In this document: positions 49,501-61,517 of the stretch, in pieces
Position numbering within the stretch: position 1 is the first letter of the stretch
Layout of the letters: each line of letters starts with the position of its first letter
NCBI RefSeq assembly: GCF_006345805.1
Contig: NC_043000.1
Span: forward strand, 8,122,001-8,186,000
Direction: 5' to 3'
Length of the DNA: 64,000 nt
From: Octopus sinensis
Lineage: Eukaryota
Translations under genes and position numbers: made by a program
The notes under the pieces: model-generated
Told to the model about the DNA's origin: nothing
The model's input: only the letters and a program-made list of their open reading frames with translations
The model's database searches: none

Positions 49501-50400
49501 GTCGACAACAGTGAAGCTGGCATTAATGCTGCTTTTTGACATTGTAAAAGTTATTGCAGAATAGATTAAATCACAGACCTTTTATGTATTTTGTTATTAT
49601 TATTATTATTATTGTTGTTGTTGCTGTTGTTGACAAAAATTGTTAATATCAGGTTAAAACTTTAGATCTCTAAAGTGAGGTTTGACATGTTCTGTTAAAA
49701 GTCGGCAAAACCTAACTATTTTCAAGAGAAAGAGTAAAAAAAAAGAATGGGAATGCATTTATTACGTGCACATGAAATGAAAATTTTAGATGTTTAAGAA
49801 AAATCAATTTTAAGATGTTATGTAATATTAAGAAAAAAAACCCACAAATAAAAGCAAAATTTTAATAATCATTGAAAAACAAATTCTGTAAAATATTTCA
49901 AATCATTAGTTTTATAATTTCATTTTCAATTAACCAACAACGGGCTAAGGAAAAAAAAGAATTAAAGGCAATGAAAAAAGCTGCATGTGGAATAAGATAA
50001 AATATTTGCTATTGTTTTTAAAAGGAACAAAAGAATGGACGATAAAAGTTGATAGAGAAACAGCAGTCTATGTATCATGGAGTTAGTTCACATTATTCTG
50101 TAAGGAGCATAGAACCAGTTTCCTGGCTGCTCTGGCATGTATGTTCCTCCCTGGATAGGATGCCAGTCTGTCGCAGGCTACTAATTTTCACCAGCTGGAG
50201 TAAACTGTGGCAATGTGAAATGGAGTGTTTTGCTCAAGAATGCAATGCATCACCCAGTCCAGGAACTGAAACCACAATCTTATGATCATGAGTCCAACAC
50301 CCTAACCACTAAGCCATTCGCTTCCATATCTAAGTACCATACTGAATGCCTAAACACCTACACCATTGACTAACAAGTTACTGCAGGTTTTTTTCAGAAA

Positions 50401-51440
50401 TAAAATCTCTCATGGATGTGCTGTGTGTACAAAACACAATATATATCAGAGGGAGACAAAAACCCACCCTGGCAGTGATTAGCAAAAACACCAAACGTAT
50501 TTCAGCCTTCTTAAAACTTGTCAGTGATGAGTACTTGCAACCAGTTTCATGTCTAGATAAAATTTGTTTCTGCTAGTATAGAAAAAAGTGCATAACATAT
50601 ACACTGGTATAGCAAATAGCTACCAGGCTAAAAAGAATCTGGTGAATGTAATTGAAGCAGTATTAAATTAAAATAGCTGTTTATGTATCATACTCAATGT
50701 ATGTACATTGTGGAAAGGCAAGTTAGTGTGGTTTTCAACTGAGATAAAAATCTCTTATGGACATGCTGTACAATAGTTATTGGGTTCAAATTTTGGCACA
50801 AGGCCAGCAATTGGGTGGGTGGGGGGTAAGTCAATTACATCAACCCCAAAACTCAAAAGAATTAAAGATAATGTTGACCATGATGGAATTTGAACTCAGA
50901 ATATAAAGCCAGATGAAATGCTGCAAAGCATTTTGCCTGGCATGCAAACAGTTCTGTTAGCTCATCACCTTATGCTGAACAATAATACTTAAAAGAGATG
51001 AAAACTTACCCTGTCAGACACATTTTGGTTTTGTGGGGCCTTGTCAATAATATGTACACACAACCAGTCACAAGCTTCGATGAGGTATATCACTTCCAGT
51101 ATAGGAAACAATACAGTCACTAAGCTGAATAAATAATCTAGTGAATGCAATTGAAAAAGTATTAAATTAAAATAGCTATCTATATATCATAATTAATGTA
51201 TATACTCAGTTGCAGGCAAGATACTGTGGCTTTCATTATAAATAAAATTTCTTAAAACAGAATTTATATCAGAGGGAGTTGAAAAGTCAGCCCCAAAGAA
51301 GCTAGTGAGAATGCCAGATACGTTTCAGCCGTGATGGGTCTTGTCAATGATATGTAGTCACAGCTAGCCACATGCCTAGATGAGATTTGTCACCTTTGAT
51401 ATAACACCAGGTTGACCAATATCTTATTAGTGAATTTGAT
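50401..51440 (-). mobile_element. Diverged tandem array of ~290-345-bp monomers, each with a decayed hammerhead motif (retrozyme/pLTR-like)
   Basis: Monomers start at ~50401, 50745 and 51243. Motifs at 50489-50529, 51012-51052 and 51312-51352. Shared block gtgaatg(c/t)aattgaa...gtattaaattaaaatagct. Confidence 0.65.
50776..50971 (-). mobile_element. SINE family B-related insertion into monomer 2
   Basis: 13-bp TSD atgctg(t/a)acaata at 50763-50775 and 50972-50984. Confidence 0.8.
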
Positions 51441-51469
51441 AGAAGGGAACTGAATGTGGAATCCTGTTA

Positions 51470-51512
<43 letters not shown>

Positions 51513-51515
<3 letters not shown>

Positions 51516-52033
51516 CGAAATCGATCAATGGAAATTGCAGATGTGTTACCAGTGCCAGTGGCATGTCAAAACTCTACTTGTGAAGACCTGTTGAGGCAAG
51601 TGAGGATCAGAATCGAAATCGATCAATGGAAATGGCAGATGTGTTACCAGTGCCGGTGGCATGTAAGAGAACCTTCCGTTTCCCGACCGTTGCCAGCGCC
51701 ACCCCGACTGGCCTCGTGCCGGTGGCACATAAAAAGCAGCATCCATTCGTGTCCATTGTCAGCCTCGCCTGGCTCTCGTGCCGGTGGCACATAAAAAGCA
51801 CCATCCGTTCGTGGCCGTTTGCCAGCTCTGTCTGGCACCTGTGCGGGTGGCACGTAAAAAGCACCCACTACACTCACGGAGTGGTTGGCGTTAGGAAGGG
51901 CATCCAGCCGTAGAAACACTGCCAGATTTGACTGGGCCTGATGAAGCCTTCTGGCTTCACAGACCCCAGTAGAACCGTCCAACCCATGCTAGCATGGAAA
52001 ACGGACGCTAAACGATGATGATGATGATGATGA
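51513..52033 (+). mobile_element. Long RTE 3'-UTR copy with internal duplications and (GAT)n tail
   Basis: Homologous to 37921-38380. aatcgaaatcgatcaatggaaa...gatgtgttaccagtgcc is duplicated at 51513 and ~51611. Confidence 0.85.
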
Positions 52034-52035
52034 TA

Positions 52036-53097
52036 TTGGGTCATCCAATAGATAATGCAGTTTTTCTATACTTCTTTTATTTTTAAAACTTAAGATGAAC
52101 AAAGTTCTTTTTTAATCTAAAATATATTCTCCTTCATTTTCTACAATGCTCTTCCATCTATCTGGTAAACTTGCAAGGCCCCTCGTTCTTGCCATCCAGT
52201 TGAGTTCGATGAAGAGTGATTAAGCCAACTTTTGCATGAAAATTCTCGTCAAACGACAAGGGAACTGGCAGAGAAAATGGAATGCTCCCACACTGCTATA
52301 GAGAAGCATCTTCACTCGATGGGAAAGGTGCAGATGTATGGAGGATGGGTTCCGAATGCTTTAAGTGACAACAACAAAAATCAACGAGCCACAATCTCCG
52401 CTGGTTTGCTTGCTCGTCACCACTCAACTCATGGACAGAAGCAACGATTTCTTTACCGAATCGTTACTGGTGCCGAAAATGGTGCCTGTACATCAATATG
52501 AAGCAGCGTAAAGAATGGCTTAGCCCCGGTAAATAAGGGACACCGCGCGTGAAACAAGATTTTCATCCGCGTAAAACGATGTTGTGCATATGGTGGGACA
52601 GGGAAGGGATTATCCATTACGAATTGCTTGAACAGAACCAAACAGTCAACACGGAACTCTATGTTCAACGGATGGAACGACTCGACATGGCTATTCAAGA
52701 GAAAAGACCTAATCGGCAGCATGGAGTTCTTCTGCTGCATGACAACGCCCACCCTCATATTGCCAATATGACCAAGGAAGCCATTCAAACACATGGCTGG
52801 GAAGTGCTGCCACACCCGCCGTACTCTCCTGATTTGACATGGATTTCCACCTCTTTCGATCGCTTTCAAATTCTCTTTCAAAATCTATGCGCGGAGTTTC
52901 GTTCAATACTGATGCAGAATTGAAAGCTTGGTTGGATCAATTTTTCAAGTTGAAATCGGGTGATTTCTACCAATGTGGTATTGAAAATCTTGTTGAATGT
53001 TGGGAAGAAGTTGTAAACAACAAGGGTGAATACATTATTGATTAATTAGTTGTTATTTTTTATTAAACCTTTTAAGAAATTTTAATTGCCAACCCAA
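52036..53097 (+). mobile_element. Mariner composite: plus-strand transposase pseudogene (52172-53045) joined to the antisense 3' end of a different mariner (52036-52175)
   Basis: WVPNAL, RIVTG(D>A)EKW, HPRKTMLCIWWD, LHDNAHPH, HPPYSPDL and GEYIID*. The left piece reads LPDRWKSIVENEGEYILD* on the minus strand. Both termini are TA-TTGGGT. Confidence 0.88.
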
Positions 53098-53133
53098 TAG
53101 AAAACAACTTTCAAGGACAATATAAAAATAACT

Positions 53134-53178
<45 letters not shown>

Positions 53179-53659
53179 GGAGATATACATATATACATAT
53201 ACATACATACATATATGTGTGTGTATGTATGTATGTATTGATAGTTTGTGCATATATAAAAATAACCAAATTTCTCATAGTGAGTACAACACCCTAACCA
53301 CTAGACCATGGTCATATATATATATATACACGTGTGTGTGTATATATACATATATATGTACACATACAAGTTAGGTAAATAATCAGCTGGCAATATTTTT
53401 AGTCCTAAATCTATAGCAATATAATCACATGGGACTTGATATGAAATGGTTATAATATGATACAAGTCTCTTTCATATGATACTACTTGCTAAATGTTGG
53501 ATCCTATATAAGTAAGGGATTCTCATATGACTTAACCTCCAATCAACACAGCATGGGGACAGATGTTAAAAAGATAAAGGAATTAATATGAAATGCTGAC
53601 AGACATTACTGATGAATGTATACCCATAAAATGTTTGAACAATCCCATTTGTTTTTACA

Positions 53660-53729
53660 TATGTACACAAACTATCAATACATATATACATGCATACATA
53701 CATACGTACATATACATATATATATATAC

Positions 53730-53768
<39 letters not shown>

Positions 53769-53823
53769 TATATATATATATTATAATATATATATATTAT
53801 ATATACATATATATATATATATA

Positions 53824-53878
<55 letters not shown>

Positions 53879-53890
53879 AGATATATATTA

Positions 53891-53921
<31 letters not shown>

Positions 53922-53926
53922 AGATA

Positions 53927-53986
<60 letters not shown>

Positions 53987-54062
53987 TATATATACATACA
54001 CACATATATGTATATATCTATAGCTATCAATCAATCTGTCTGTCTGTCTATGTATGTGTGTG

Positions 54063-54099
<37 letters not shown>

Positions 54100-54560
54100 A
54101 TGTGTGTATGTGTGTGTGTGTCTGTGTGTATGTATATGTGTGTGTTTGTGTGTGTGTGTGTGTGTGTGCATGTATGTGACTATTCAGTTTTATTTCAAGA
54201 TTTCTTGCCAATAGAGAAAGAGCTGGTTTCTAACCTAGATCCAAGCCTCCTTCATTGGAATTTCAACAACATCAACAAGGTATTTTTGTATGTATGTATA
54301 TGTGCAGATTTGTATGTTTTGTCTTATGCTTGTATTCTCATGCATATAGTTGCATATCTAGACATGTTCATATATACCTAAATGATAAACTTCTGGAAAG
54401 TTTTACAGATTTTTGTATGTATGTATGTATGTATGTATGTATGTATGTATGTATGTGTGTATGCATGTATGTATATATGTATGCATGCATCCATGCATGC
54501 ATGCATGTATGTATGTATGTATGTATGTATGTATGTATGTATGTATGTATGCACACACAT
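53660..54560. repeat. Compound (TA)n/(TG)n/(TATG)n microsatellite block
   Basis: Direct reading. Confidence 0.9.
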
Positions 54561-54953
54561 GCGTATGCATTAATAGAAGCTGACATGGAAAAATACTGAC
54601 ATCAAACAAATGAATTCATAAATACACTTAGAAATACAAGTTAGGAAAATAATCAATTAGCAATATTTTTAACCCTAAATTTTACAGTAATAATAACTTG
54701 TATCAGTTACCATGACATACTATACCCGCCCCAGCCACCAAACATGTCAGCCTGAGCTAAACATTTTCCCACCCTAAGATATAATACCACAAAGACAGCT
54801 TTATTCCTAGACACCAGGATAACTTTACACGCCACTCCCTACATCTATCAGTATAATAGAGACAAACTAATTTTATGCCTACCTACATCAAATTACTACC
54901 ATGCATTTTCTTCCTCCATTTCTGTGGCCATGGTCATCTCTTTACTCGTGGTA

Positions 54954-55041
54954 GGCCAGAGGAGACTGAGAGTGGCCAGAGGAAACTGAGAGTGGCCAGA
55001 GGAAACTGAGAGTGGCCAGAGGAAACTGAGAGCGCCCAGAG
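54954..55041 (+). repeat. 20-bp minisatellite, ~4.4 units
   Basis: ggccagagga(a/g)actgagagt. Confidence 0.95.
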
Positions 55042-55084
55042 CTGTACCTCAAGAATGTGTTCTCAGCCCCTCTTGTTTATTATA

Positions 55085-55470
55085 CTCTTTACTCTCTTTT
55101 ACCCTTTTACTTGTTTCAGTCATTTGACTGTGGCCATGCTGGAGCACCACTTTTAGTCGAGCAAATCGACCCCAGGGCTTATTTTTGTAAGCCTAGTACT
55201 TATTCTATCGGTCTCTTTTGCCGAACCGCTAAGTTGTGGGGATGTAAACACACTAGCATCGGTTATCAAGTGATGTTAGGGGAACAAACACAGACACACA
55301 AACACATACATACACACACATATACATACATACACATATACACGACAGGCTTCTTTCAGTTTCTGTCTACCAAATCCACTCACAAGGCTTTGGTTGGCCC
55401 AAGGCTACAGTAGAAGACACTTGCCCAAGGTGCCATGCAGTGGGATTGAACCCGGAACCATGTGGTTGGT
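55085..55470 (-). mobile_element. SINE family A
   Basis: Reverse-complement match to family A. Confidence 0.88.
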
Positions 55471-55734
55471 CAATGAGTTTCACTCAAAACACATGAGTTG
55501 ATCAATGGTTATAGTATAGAATGTTGACTGATAATGTTCACACAGTGGGACTAAATCCCGTGACAACATGATACTAAATACTTACTTTGTAATCAACCAA
55601 CAATGTCTGTGCCTATATCTTAGAAATATATTCATTCCAAAGCCTTGAAGGGCCTCTAGAAATAGGTGACTATTTTTTTTGTTACCAATAGCAGAATTTG
55701 TGTGTTATTTTTCAAAGCATTGTAAATTGAATAA

Positions 55735-56170
55735 TGAAGAAGTAGAAAAAGTTCAGAGAGCTCCTATCTTTGTGGCATTGTATGGATTCTTCGATTTGGA
55801 GAAGAGCAGACTGAATGATGCTTGTGTATGAAGTGTGATTTTTTTGGTAGTCAAACAAGGGAATTGAATGATGTGCACATGTGGGAAGAGTGGGTGAAGG
55901 CTGGAAAGAGATGAGTTGTGGATGCTCTGTTGGATACTGTTGGTGAGTATAAATGAATTCGTTGAGAGAAAGATGATGTCTAAAGGAAATTGGATGTTTT
56001 GTGCAAGAAAGGAGACTGTACTGATATGGACATGTGATGTGGATGAGGGGTAAAGAATTGTTTAGAGCTTGAAGTGGAAGCAACCTGTAGAAATAGAAGT
56101 TTGAGAAAGACAATGGAAGGGGTGATGAAAGCTGATTTTAGGAGACTGGTTTTCACATTAAAGAGGATAA
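55735..56170 (+). pseudogene. Old RTE ORF2 C-terminal fragment, related to the 38507-40306 family
   Basis: KFRELL, SRLNDACV and VQERRLY*YGHVMWM align to KFRELL, GRLYDACV and VQERRLHWYGHVARM. Confidence 0.75.
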
Positions 56171-56192
56171 GGGCCTGCAATAAACGGTTGAA

Positions 56193-56430
56193 GGGGGCGA
56201 GCTGACAGAAACGTTAGCACACCGGGCGAAATGCTTAGCTGTATTTCGTCTGCCGTTACGTTCTGAGTTCAAATTCCGCCAAGGTTGACTTTGCCTTTCA
56301 TCCTCTCGGGGTCGATAAATTAAGTACCAGTTATGCACTGGGGTCGATATAATCGACTTAATCCATTTGTCTGTTCTTGTTTGTCCTCTCTATGTTTAAC
56401 CCCTTGTGGGTAGTAAAGAAATAGGTTGGG
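56193..56430 (+). mobile_element. SINE family B, full length
   Basis: ggcgagctgacagaaacgttagc...GAGTTCAAATTCC (B-box-like)...ggggtcgataaattaagtaccag...gtagtaaagaaatagg. Confidence 0.88.
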
Positions 56431-56933
56431 TGCTGTGCCACAGAAGATCCCACCAACTAATGCTAACATGAAAAAATAGACATGAAATGATGATGATGAT
56501 GATAATGATGATGATTGTGGTGGTGGTAGTGTATGCATACATAATTTTATTTGTTCAATAGTTATTCATTAAAAGAAGACCTTTAAATGATTTAAAAAAA
56601 ATTTTTTGCTGTTAGGTTTTTTTTCAACTTTCTTAAGAGTTAATTTCCTATCGCAACAAATTTCCCCTCACAACTACTGACTTCCTGGACTGAAATAACA
56701 AGGTAGCGCAGTACTTCCTCAATAAGTTGCACTTAGTTCCATATCGAAACAGTGGAACCCTTTTATTCTGAGATAGCTTCTTTTACACTCTTTCAAATGC
56801 CCTCTCTAAATCATCCTATCTGTCTCTGACTTTCACTCTTTCTCTCTCTCTGCCTCCTCTCCTCCCCCTCTCTCTCTTGCTTGATATATATAATATACAC
56901 ATACATACATGCATACATACATACGTACATACA

Positions 56934-56967
<34 letters not shown>

Positions 56968-56986
56968 CATGTATATATATATATAC

Positions 56987-57036
<50 letters not shown>

Positions 57037-57049
57037 GCATACATATATA

Positions 57050-57093
<44 letters not shown>

Positions 57094-57114
57094 CACATAT
57101 ACATATATATGTTA

Positions 57115-57162
<48 letters not shown>

Positions 57163-57304
57163 TTTGTTTGTTTGTTTGTGTTTCGAATAAGGATTCATTC
57201 TCTTTTTGAAGTTTTTGAAATCATTTAGAAATGTTATGACGATAATCAATTCAGATTTCTGCAAAAACAGTGGAATCCTTAAATAATTTAGTATTCTGTT
57301 GAGT

Positions 57305-57545
57305 GCCTATTATCATCATCATCATCATCATTGTTTAACGTCTGCTTTCCATGCTAGCATGGGTTGGACGATTTCACTGAGGACTAGCGAACCAGATGGC
57401 TGCACCAGGCTCCAATCTGATCTGGCAGAGTTTCTACAGCTGGATGCCCTTCCTAATACCAACCACTTTGAGAGTGTATTGGGTGCTTTTATGTGCCACC
57501 GGCACGAGGGCCAGTCAGGCGGTACTGGCAACGTCCATGCTTAAA
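57305..57545 (-). mobile_element. RTE 3'-UTR-derived repeat
   Basis: (CAT)n followed by the reverse-complemented RTE UTR. Confidence 0.85.
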
Positions 57546-57852
57546 TGATGTTTTTTACCTGGCACATGCACAAGAGCCTATGTAAATGCTTGTATTTGTG
57601 TTTGTGAATATAATTGAATTTTAAAGTGTTATTGTGTATAACCAGGTTTCAGTATATTTGTAGGAATGTCTCCATACCTATTTCTATTAGAAACCATGGT
57701 GCTTAAGGAATAAATGCAAACAGATGTATGCATTATTTGGTGGATTACTAAAAGAAAGTTCTCAGATGGCTATGAAACATATTGGCTTGCATCACTTAGA
57801 TGTGTTCTTTGTGATCAGCTGTCACGAAAGCATTGCAAACACTATATATATA

Positions 57853-57890
<38 letters not shown>

Positions 57891-57895
<5 letters not shown>

Positions 57896-58079
57896 CATAC
57901 ATATAAGGGGGATGACCACCAAGTGGGCATCCATTATGCTAGAAGTATACTCCCTATGGTCTTACCACTAAGAAAGGATTGTTGAGAACAATCCTTTCTT
58001 AGTGGTAACAGTATTGGGGGTCTACTTCTAGCATAATGGATGTCCAGTTAGTGGTCATCCCTCTTATATGTAAGTAATA
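57891..58079. mobile_element. Foldback/MITE-like hairpin, ~190 bp
   Basis: Perfect 22-bp central stem ttaccactaagaaaggattgtt/aacaatcctttcttagtggtaa with a 3-nt loop. Outer 48-bp arms with 4 mismatches. Confidence 0.85.
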
Positions 58080-58177
58080 TAATTTTTCTGAGTCTTCAGA
58101 TTTTTCAATATTCTAGACCACTGGTTTTAAATTGATATTAATCAAATTAATATTCAATTTTTCACCCTTATTATTTC

Positions 58178-58219
<42 letters not shown>

Positions 58220-58469
58220 CAAAAAAGGGTAATAACATAGATTACTACCAGTGGCCCAGCACAAAAGACGAATTAGTCATTAGACAAAATATTATTCATA
58301 TAGAAATATAATTAAGGGCTCCCAAATAAGGATGCCAAGTGCTAGGGACACAAAAAAGGGATAAATTCATTGAGAGTGAAAATCAAAAACATTTACCATT
58401 AACGATATATCCCGGACTGATCAATTTCTACCTCTTTCTAGCAAAACAGACAGAGTATGTTTGCTAAGG

Positions 58470-58787
58470 CCAGTTTCATCAGCGAGACGCCTTTGTTAAA
58501 TATCAACCTCGTCTGGCACCTGTGTCGGTGGCACAAAAAAAAAAAAAACACCATCCGAGCGTGGCCGTTCGCCAGCCTCGTCTGGCACCTGTGTTGGTGG
58601 CACATAAAATCACCCACTACACTCTCAGAGTGGTTGGCGTTAGGAAGGGCATCCAGCTGTAGAAACACTGCCAGATCTGACTGGCCTGGTGCAGCCTTCG
58701 GGCTCCCCAGACCCCAGTTGAACCGTCCAACCCATGCTAGCATGGAAAGCGGACGTTAAATGATGATGATGATGATGATGATGATAT
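58470..58787 (+). mobile_element. RTE 3'-UTR-derived repeat with (GAT)n tail
   Basis: Homologous to 51700-52033. Confidence 0.85.
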
Positions 58788-58819
58788 ATATATATATGCA
58801 TGTATAAAATTTAAGGTAA

Positions 58820-59115
58820 ACACCCCCTTTGGTCATGAATGCCCATGGGATTGCACCTAGAAAGTTACCCACCAAGGCAAAAGTTCAGGCAAGGTTGTTT
58901 ATGGAAGACCAGCAGTTACCCATGCATACCAGCCTCCCCTCTCCATTCCACCGATGTGGGAAAGGGGAAAGTCTGATACAGCTTGGCACCAGACACATCG
59001 CAACAGGAAATAAAGTGCCTTGTTCAAGAACACAACACACAACTTGGTCTTGGAATAGAACTAACCACCTCATAATTGTGAACCTGATGCTCTAACCACT
59101 GAGCTATGCACCTAA
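58820..59115 (-). mobile_element. tRNA-headed SINE with a further tail type
   Basis: Minus-strand head with A-box TAGCTCAGTGG. Centre ttgtgttcttgaacaaggcact resembles family E. Confidence 0.65.
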
Positions 59116-59558
59116 GCACATATATATATATATATATATATGTGATATATATAATATATATATATATATGTGATATATATAATATATATATATGTGTGTA
59201 TATGTGTGTGTGTATCAGACAAGGCATAAATAACGGTTGTTACATATTTTTATCTATATTGTAGTAAATTTGACTTAGTGCTATTTCCAGTAGTCATTAT
59301 AGATTCGTTATTGATAGGTTTACTCAATCGCCCACATTGATCAGTTGAGAAAAATCGAACAACCTACAAAATTAATTATACATATACATATATAGTATTA
59401 ATAAAATAGGAAATGGAATGTGCTCATCATCTATTTATACATTTTGTATAGTTCTTCCGTTATTTATATATATATAAAGGAAAAATTATATATACATATA
59501 TATGAATGTGTGTATGTATATGTGTGTGTGTGTTTGTAGATAGATGTATGTATGTATG

Positions 59559-59614
<56 letters not shown>

Positions 59615-59616
<2 letters not shown>

Positions 59617-60187
59617 AAAATGGGACAAGAACGCAATACATCCAGACAGTTAGGTGATACAAAAAAGGGACAACAAAACATCCATTCAGATAATACAAAG
59701 AAAAGAAGGACGGGTCATTCGGAGTTTTCCATTCTCAGTCGAGTTCCAGATTATCTTTGCAATTTCGGCTGGTTATACTCGAGATTGCTCCAATCTGGCC
59801 AGCCCCAAGGAAAAACTAAGGTAAGAATATTAGATTCCTTGGAAGAAAGCATCGAATGTATACAAAAACAAGGACAGAAAAAATGGAGAAAAGTTACACA
59901 AATACAAATGCAATTAACAAGACATAACAACATTTCGACTAAGGACGAATTAAATGAAGCTGGCGTGTGTGGAAGTAAGGCTTTACGGCAAAGACATGAG
60001 GTTTGACAGGCACATGGAGGAATATATATATTGCAGAAAGGTCAGGCCTGATAGAACATGTGGTCATGTGGGGAGAGAAGAGAGAGAGGTAGAGGCAGTT
60101 AGGTGATACAAAAAAGGGACAACAAAACATCCATTCAGATAATACAAAGAAAACAAGGACGTGTCATTCGGAGTTTTCCATCCTCAG
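59615..60187. mobile_element. Non-coding element with 92-bp direct repeats 449 bp apart (Penelope-pLTR-like, unconfirmed)
   Basis: 59647-59738 repeated at 60096-60187. Inserted after (TA)n. Confidence 0.55.
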
Positions 60188-60287
60188 TAGAAAGCTTGCA
60201 GGACTGGAGCCTTGTGCAGCCTCCTGGATTGCCAGTCCTCAGTCAAACCCCCCAACCCATGCCAGCATGGAAAGCGGATGTTAAACA

Positions 60288-60319
<32 letters not shown>

Positions 60320-61517
60320 ATCAGACACACAGACACACACACACACAGAGGCAAAGCAAAAATAAAAAGCAGGAATGGTCAATTAGATGTACACAGTGAA
60401 TATATTATATTCACATCCAGTGGAAGTTTTAAATGGAAAAATAGGAGTGGAAATGATGTTTCAAACATGGCTCTTCATCAGAAAGAGGAAAAAGTTTGGA
60501 GAGAAGGAAAAGGCGGAAGGAGCAGATAGTCCAGAGAGAAGCACATGTATCGTTACAAGTTCAAAAAATAACTGGGTTAAAATAATTACTTGGGACTCAG
60601 CACGCATTGATTACTTTTGTAGCCAACATATTCATTGTCTGATGAATTAGATTACAGTGACACTTCCAGGATTAAATAAATAAAATATTTTCATTATGTC
60701 TGAGACACTTTCTGAAACGAAGCATGTTATTTTCTTTTCTTTAAGAGAAAATGTAATTAGACGTTATTAGGATATTATTGACTGATAAGAATTAGTTCTG
60801 ATTCTTTTTCTTTTTAAGCAACTTTTTTTTGCTTGTTTTAACACTTTGCAGACAAATTCTTCATAAACCAAGAATAATTCTTCAGAGGTATCTTTTAAGA
60901 TATTTAAGTTACATAGTTTCAGCATTTTTTTTTATCATTACAATACAAGTCAAAATGCATTAATTTGTTTTCCTTGATTAATCTAATAAGGATTATTATT
61001 TGTTTAGTAATTGTTGTTCTTGTTGCAAAATCAGAAACAAACATTTAAGAATCAGAAAAAATTATTATTGCAATCGGATTTGACAGAACTGTGAGATCAT
61101 CAGAAAATTTGCAGTATTTCTTCTGGTTCTTTGCATTCTGAGTTTGATACTGTCATTGTTAATTTTGCTTTTCATCCTTTTAGGGGGTTGGTAAAATAAA
61201 ATACTAGTCAAGTACTAGGGGTGATGATATTGACTAATCCCTTGTTACACTAGCTACTTTTTATCCTGGAGTTGTTTAAAGAAAGTGAAGTAGTTGTTCC
61301 TCCCCTCCTTATAATCTCAAGTGGATGTAAGTGGAGCATCTAATATTAATTGAAAGATCTCTTCTCAAATCAGAATCAGCAAAGGGCACCGGTTGATTTT
61401 CCCAACCCATCATTATATATCTTTCCAAAACATTTTATGGTTCATTCTGGGAAATTTTCTAAAAATCAAGCATCATTTTGGCGTCTTATTGACTGCAACA
61501 ATAGCATTTAAAACTGG

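Noticed and set aside
54954-55041. Hammerhead-like CTGAGAG-TGGCCA-GAGGAAAC in the 20-bp minisatellite
   Set aside because: The core does not match CUGANGA and there is no stem I or III.
60212-60650. Overlapping 105-aa and 87-aa ORFs
   Set aside because: They start within an RTE UTR/microsatellite and contain no recognisable motifs.
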